Assembly: GCA_050633245.1 (NCBI GenBank)
Contig: JBOEGD010000020.1
Span: forward strand, 77,438-141,437
Reading direction: 5' to 3'
Source: Calditrichia bacterium
Lineage (GTDB): Bacteria; Calditrichota; Calditrichia; RBG-13-44-9; J075
Length of the DNA: 64,000 nt
The notes below the pieces were generated by a model. That model worked only from the letters and a program-made list of their open reading frames with translations, was not told where the DNA came from and did no database searches. Positions 59,615 through 64,000 of this stretch are shown one piece after another (position 1 is the stretch's first letter; each line of letters begins with the position of its first letter). The position numbers were made by a program, and so were the translations under genes.

Positions 59615-59697
59615 TAGACTGGAGCAGTTTTCAAAACTGCTCCAGTCTAAGCTTGCCAAAACTGCTCCAGCCTCAATCTTGCTAAACTGCTTCAGTG
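59615..59697. repeat. Dispersed palindrome copy 2 with two trailing half-sites
   Basis: TAGACTGGAGCAGTTTTCAAAACTGCTCCAGTCTA, then AAACTGCTCCAG and AAACTGCTTCAG. Confidence 0.9.
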
Positions 59698-59876
59698 TAA
59701 CCTCTCGATTTTTGGCAGACTTTTTTGAAACATCCTTCCAATTTTTCAGTTTCATTTAGACAGACAATGATTTAGTTTGCATCTATCTAAAGGAGACTCA
59801 TCAGCTAAAACGGTACCACGTGCCCGCGAAGGGCAGCCAAGGAAAACGACGATACGACAGTAGAAGGACACGCACG

Positions 59877-61439
59877 ATGAATAAGGCGAAAATACTTTGG
59901 GTAGATGACGAGATCGATTTCCTCCAGCCGCACATTCTTTTCCTTAAAGAAAAAGGCTATGAAGTGGAGACGGTAAGCAATGCTGATGATGGACTCGAGT
60001 TGATAAAACAACAAAACTTTGATCTGGTTCTGCTGGATGAGATGATGCCGGTAAAAGACGGGCTCACCGCTCTGGGAGAGATAAAAACGCTCAACCCCGG
60101 TTTGCCGGTAATTATGATTACCAAGAATGAAGAAGAAAGCCTGATGGAAAATGCCATCGGCTCTCATATTGATGACTACCTCACCAAGCCGGTTAATCCC
60201 AGCCAGATACTTATTGCGGCAAAGAAAATTTTGGAATCCCGTAACATTTCTCAGCAGAAGCTGACGCGCGACTATCCGCAGGAACTCAATAAGATTACCA
60301 CCCAGCTAATGGGACGCCTCGAGCCGGACGATTGGATAGATATCTTCCTGAAGCTCTCTACTTGGGATGTGGAGCTGGACTCGGTTCCCGATAATGATCT
60401 GCGCGAAATTATTTACAATCAGCGACGTGAATGCAATGTTGAGTTCGGCAAGTATATTGAGCGTAATTATCACGACTGGCTCAGCCGTGACCCCGATGAT
60501 CGACCAACACTTTCAACAGATATCGTTCGCAAATATGTTAGCCCGGAAGTAAAGGCTGGTAAAAAAGTGGTATTTATTGTCATCGACTGTATGCGTCTCG
60601 ATCAGTGGCTGGCGATGGAAAAATACTTTTACGAGTATTACAAAATTCAAAAAGACTATTATTTTTCAATTTTACCGACGGCAACGCCGTTTGCACGCAA
60701 TGCCATTTTTAGCGGACTGTTTCCCAGTGAACTGGAGCGTCGCTACCCGGAAATGTGGGCCAAGGGCGAAGACGATGATCATAGCCGAAATCGCTATGAA
60801 AAAGAGTTGATGTATGATCAAATGCGCTTGCTCGGCCACAAGCTGGATAAAGAACCAAAGTATTCCAAGCTGGTAAACGTACGTGAAGGTCACAATCTGG
60901 AAAAAAATATCGACGCCTTTATCGATTCACCACTATCGAGTATTGTTGTAAACTTTGTGGATATTCTCACACACAGCCGCTCAGATCTGCCTATTCTGAA
61001 AGAGATTGCTCCCAATGAATCGTCTTTCCGCTCCTTAACGCGTTCGTGGTTTGAGCATTCTTCGATCTATAAGATCTTCCAAAAGCTGGCGAAAAAAGAC
61101 GTTACAATTATTGTAACCAGCGACCACGGCAGCATTCGCTGTATGCGCGGTACTAAGGTGCTGGGCGACAGAGAAACCTCTACAAACCTGCGATATAAGT
61201 ATGGTCGTAATCTAAAGGTCGATAATAAGCACGCATTTTTTGTAAAGAATCCGCTTGATAGTAAGCTGCCCAAACGCAATTTTAATATCAATTACATTGT
61301 GGCGAAGGAAGACTATTATTTTGTCTATCCTACGAATTACCACAAGTATTTGTCATACTACCGGGATAGCTTTCAACACGGTGGAATTTCTCTGGAAGAG
61401 ATGGTCTTGCCCATTGTAAAGTTGGAGCCAAAGTCGTAG
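59877..61439 (+). CDS. porX: PorX-type response regulator with PglZ/alkaline phosphatase domain
   Basis: ILWVDDEID receiver; ILPTATPFARNAIF, TSDHG, TNLRYK, FQHGGISLEEM. Confidence 0.9.
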   Translation: MNKAKILWVDDEIDFLQPHILFLKEKGYEVETVSNADDGLELIKQQNFDLVLLDEMMPVKDGLTALGEIKTLNPGLPVIMITKNEEESLMENAIGSHIDDYLTKPVNPSQILIAAKKILESRNISQQKLTRDYPQELNKITTQLMGRLEPDDWIDIFLKLSTWDVELDSVPDNDLREIIYNQRRECNVEFGKYIERNYHDWLSRDPDDRPTLSTDIVRKYVSPEVKAGKKVVFIVIDCMRLDQWLAMEKYFYEYYKIQKDYYFSILPTATPFARNAIFSGLFPSELERRYPEMWAKGEDDDHSRNRYEKELMYDQMRLLGHKLDKEPKYSKLVNVREGHNLEKNIDAFIDSPLSSIVVNFVDILTHSRSDLPILKEIAPNESSFRSLTRSWFEHSSIYKIFQKLAKKDVTIIVTSDHGSIRCMRGTKVLGDRETSTNLRYKYGRNLKVDNKHAFFVKNPLDSKLPKRNFNINYIVAKEDYYFVYPTNYHKYLSYYRDSFQHGGISLEEMVLPIVKLEPKS

Positions 61440-61442
61440 CCA

Positions 61443-61898
61443 ATGGAAATGAGCACAGAAACACTTATTTGGCAAAAAGAAGCTGTCTCTGAGCAAGAGA
61501 CGGCTTTGCTCGCCGAAGAATTAGTGCGAGATCAACTTTCTCCGGGAGACATCCTTGCTTTGCATGGTGATCTGGGTAGTGGAAAAACCTTCTTTTGCAA
61601 GGCTGTTTGCCGCGCGCTCGCTACTAATGAAGCATCCAGTCCTACGTTTACGATTGTAAACGTCTACCAGAATTCCAGCGGTCTCTCGGTATACCATTTC
61701 GACTTCTATCGTATTGAGCATCGGGCTGAGCTACAGAACCTTGGTCTGGATGATTATTTCTATGATGATGGCATTTGCCTTATCGAATGGCCGGAAAAGT
61801 TAGGTGACCTGCTGCCTCCCTCTCGATATGACTTATATCTCGAGCCTCTTCCTAATAACCCAGGTGGTCGTTCACTACGCTTGATACAACGAAAATAG
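61443..61898 (+). CDS. tsaE: t6A biosynthesis ATPase
   Basis: GDLGSGKT, SPTFTIVN, HFDFYR, LIEWPE. Confidence 0.96.
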   Translation: MEMSTETLIWQKEAVSEQETALLAEELVRDQLSPGDILALHGDLGSGKTFFCKAVCRALATNEASSPTFTIVNVYQNSSGLSVYHFDFYRIEHRAELQNLGLDDYFYDDGICLIEWPEKLGDLLPPSRYDLYLEPLPNNPGGRSLRLIQRK

Positions 61899-62332
61899 AG
61901 AGTTAAAGTACTACATTTATGTACCTTATCGTCTAATCTTCTCTTCTGCCCGAATCTTCTTTGTATATACAACAATAAATTTATAGAAATCCGCAAAACT
62001 GTATTTTTTGTAGAATTTGACAGCATGTATGCTTTCTAATAGACTGTGGTTATTACAGATACCTCTTGTTAAAACCACTCTCTCTTTTTGTCTGTAAATT
62101 CATCTTCCTTGTCGTATTTCAGCGATAAAAATCAACCGCAATTAATCCGTGATCTCCAACATCAGAAGCGAGGCGCTTCGTGGTTACCATCAGGTTAGGC
62201 AGACTGTTAGTTTGCTGATTTCCTAACGTCATTGGAATAGCATCTGCAGCATATCGCGTGCTGTATTTTGATCATTTAAAATCAATTTTTACTGCAACTG
62301 CAATTCCACCACTTAAAGATTGGATAAAAGTG

Positions 62333-63922
62333 ATGAGACCCCACGTCATTATCTCAATGGTCATCTGTTTATTTTCGTTCCTTGCTGCACAGGGGAAAGT
62401 AAGTGGAAAGTTAACTCAAGATACGGTTTGGAAAAACCTTGTCTGGGTTAATGGCGACGTTATCGTTCCCAAAAATGTGACACTGACGATTGAGCCTGGC
62501 TGTCGTGTTCGTATGGAACCAAAGACAGACAAAACACGCTCTGGCAAAGCACCTGAGCGAATCGAGATTATCATTTTCGGAACCCTTATCGCCAAGGGAG
62601 TCGAAGGCAATGGACGGATTGTTTTTACGTCTCGAACCACCAATCAAAAAATGAATGACTGGTACGGTATTGTTTTCAAAAACCGAAATAATCGTTCTGT
62701 AATGCAAAATTGTTTGGTAGAGTATGCCTATAAAGGAATTACTTGTTACGGCAGTGCTCCGATGATCGCCAATTCAGAGATCCGCTTTAATCAATATGCC
62801 GGTATTAGCGCCGAAATTCGATCCAAGCCGATTATTCGCAATACGATGATTTCCGGTAATGAGTTTGGCGGAATTATCTGTGAATTAGCCTCCAATCCTA
62901 TAGTTGAAAAATCAATTATCACGCAGAATACCAATGGTATTATTGTATTCGATCAGTCCAAGCCGGATCTGGGCAGTGTGCGCGGCACGGATGGACAATC
63001 AATCGGTGAGAATCTGATTTTCAATAATTTCGAAACGAATATTTATAATCATTCTGCCAATGATATTTATGCTCAAAATAATTCCTGGAATACCGCGAAT
63101 TCAACGGATATCGAATCATCCCTTTTTGACGGTGGAGATAATGCCGCAAAAGGCAAGGTTGTGTTTTTACCCGTGGGTGGAAACGCAGTAGTTCGTCGTA
63201 CTGCTCCGGTAGCAGCAGAGCCTGAACCGGGACCACTCGTCGTTGCATTACCGGAAGATCCGAAGCGTCGCTCGCGTGATGAGGCTATTGAGTCGGTAGA
63301 TCGCAAGTCTGCTTCTGCCACTCGCCGAAAGGAAGAAACCAATCTGGCTAAGACGGTGCAACCGCAGGTACGAAACGCTGCTAATAATAAACCTCTTGCT
63401 GCCAGTACTCCTCCACCAAAGACGAAACCGGCAACAACAACGAGTAATACTGCCGGCAATCAGGTGAATAACAAGCCCGCGAGTACGGGAAATACGGCAA
63501 CGCAACCAGCGGCGACACCGCCGGCAAGCGTCGGACAACCAACCGTTGCTAAGCAGGAAACGCTGATCGTTTATCGCGACCGTATCGTTCCGGAGAAAAA
63601 AGCTCCAACAGTAACTATCCCGCAAGAACCGCTGATCGAAGCCTTACTCGATGGCGGGCGTCGTCAATATGCCAAGCGGGTCAAGCCACGATACCCGGCT
63701 ATTTATCAGAAAACTGGTAATGAAGGCAAGGTATTCATGGAAGTTATTGTCGGTAAGACCGGCAAGGTCGAGAACTATCGGATTATCCGAAGCGATGGTG
63801 ATCTCTTCTCAGAATCTGCTACTGAAGCGATTAAGGGATTTGAATATAAGCCGGCAACTTATAAAGGACAGCCAGTAAGCTTTAAATTGGTCGAGCCGTT
63901 CTTTTTCAAGCTGGGTAAGTAA
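62333..63922 (+). CDS. Right-handed beta-helix protein fused to TonB C-terminal domain
   Basis: VTLTIEPG and WYGIVF beta-helix; Pro/Ala/Thr linker; PRYP...EGKV...GKV...YKPA TonB_C. Confidence 0.82.
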   Translation: MRPHVIISMVICLFSFLAAQGKVSGKLTQDTVWKNLVWVNGDVIVPKNVTLTIEPGCRVRMEPKTDKTRSGKAPERIEIIIFGTLIAKGVEGNGRIVFTSRTTNQKMNDWYGIVFKNRNNRSVMQNCLVEYAYKGITCYGSAPMIANSEIRFNQYAGISAEIRSKPIIRNTMISGNEFGGIICELASNPIVEKSIITQNTNGIIVFDQSKPDLGSVRGTDGQSIGENLIFNNFETNIYNHSANDIYAQNNSWNTANSTDIESSLFDGGDNAAKGKVVFLPVGGNAVVRRTAPVAAEPEPGPLVVALPEDPKRRSRDEAIESVDRKSASATRRKEETNLAKTVQPQVRNAANNKPLAASTPPPKTKPATTTSNTAGNQVNNKPASTGNTATQPAATPPASVGQPTVAKQETLIVYRDRIVPEKKAPTVTIPQEPLIEALLDGGRRQYAKRVKPRYPAIYQKTGNEGKVFMEVIVGKTGKVENYRIIRSDGDLFSESATEAIKGFEYKPATYKGQPVSFKLVEPFFFKLGK

Positions 63923-64000
63923 AGCAGGTTTTTTGTGCGGAATAGAGCGTACTGAAATGCCCTTTATAAGATGATATGCTATTTAAAAGAACAGAAGCTC

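Noticed and set aside
62160-62250. Riboswitch upstream of the TonB fusion
   Set aside because: Small hairpins are present, but no cobalamin, TPP, SAM or c-di-GMP consensus could be matched.

Overview
Bacterial chromosomal window, mostly housekeeping and envelope genes. Three proteins end in a T9SS-like or FlgD-like sorting domain (NYPNPFNP), porX sits next to tsaE, and several genes have clear Shine-Dalgarno sites. This points to an FCB-related lineage such as Calditrichota or KSB1 (inference). I found no rRNA, tRNA, CRISPR array, transposase or prophage. Recognisable genes include cspA, an aminotransferase, rfaD, ung, tricorn protease, truC, an ECF sigma operon, OPT and MFS transporters, two-component genes, ssb, an AddA-like helicase-nuclease, rpmB, an AAC(6')-I-like acetyltransferase, an M14 peptidase, porX, tsaE and a beta-helix/TonB fusion. 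The most interesting signals lie outside the ORF track. (1) Intergenic 7-8-nt tandem arrays occur as facing inverted pairs; one pair brackets an unannotated four-helix-bundle pseudogene and others are empty, suggesting a small mobile-element family. (2) An unannotated minus-strand unit at 14480-14779 has a promoter, RBS, 28-aa hydrophobic peptide, two covarying hairpins with identical loops and a terminator. (3) A lipoprotein triplet has spacers that are decayed copies of the flanking genes. (4) A DUF4295/bL38-like small protein precedes rpmB. (5) Shared ECF, sigma-54 and LuxR-type motifs and several REP-like palindrome families are present. All family assignments come from motif recognition by eye; no database search was run.
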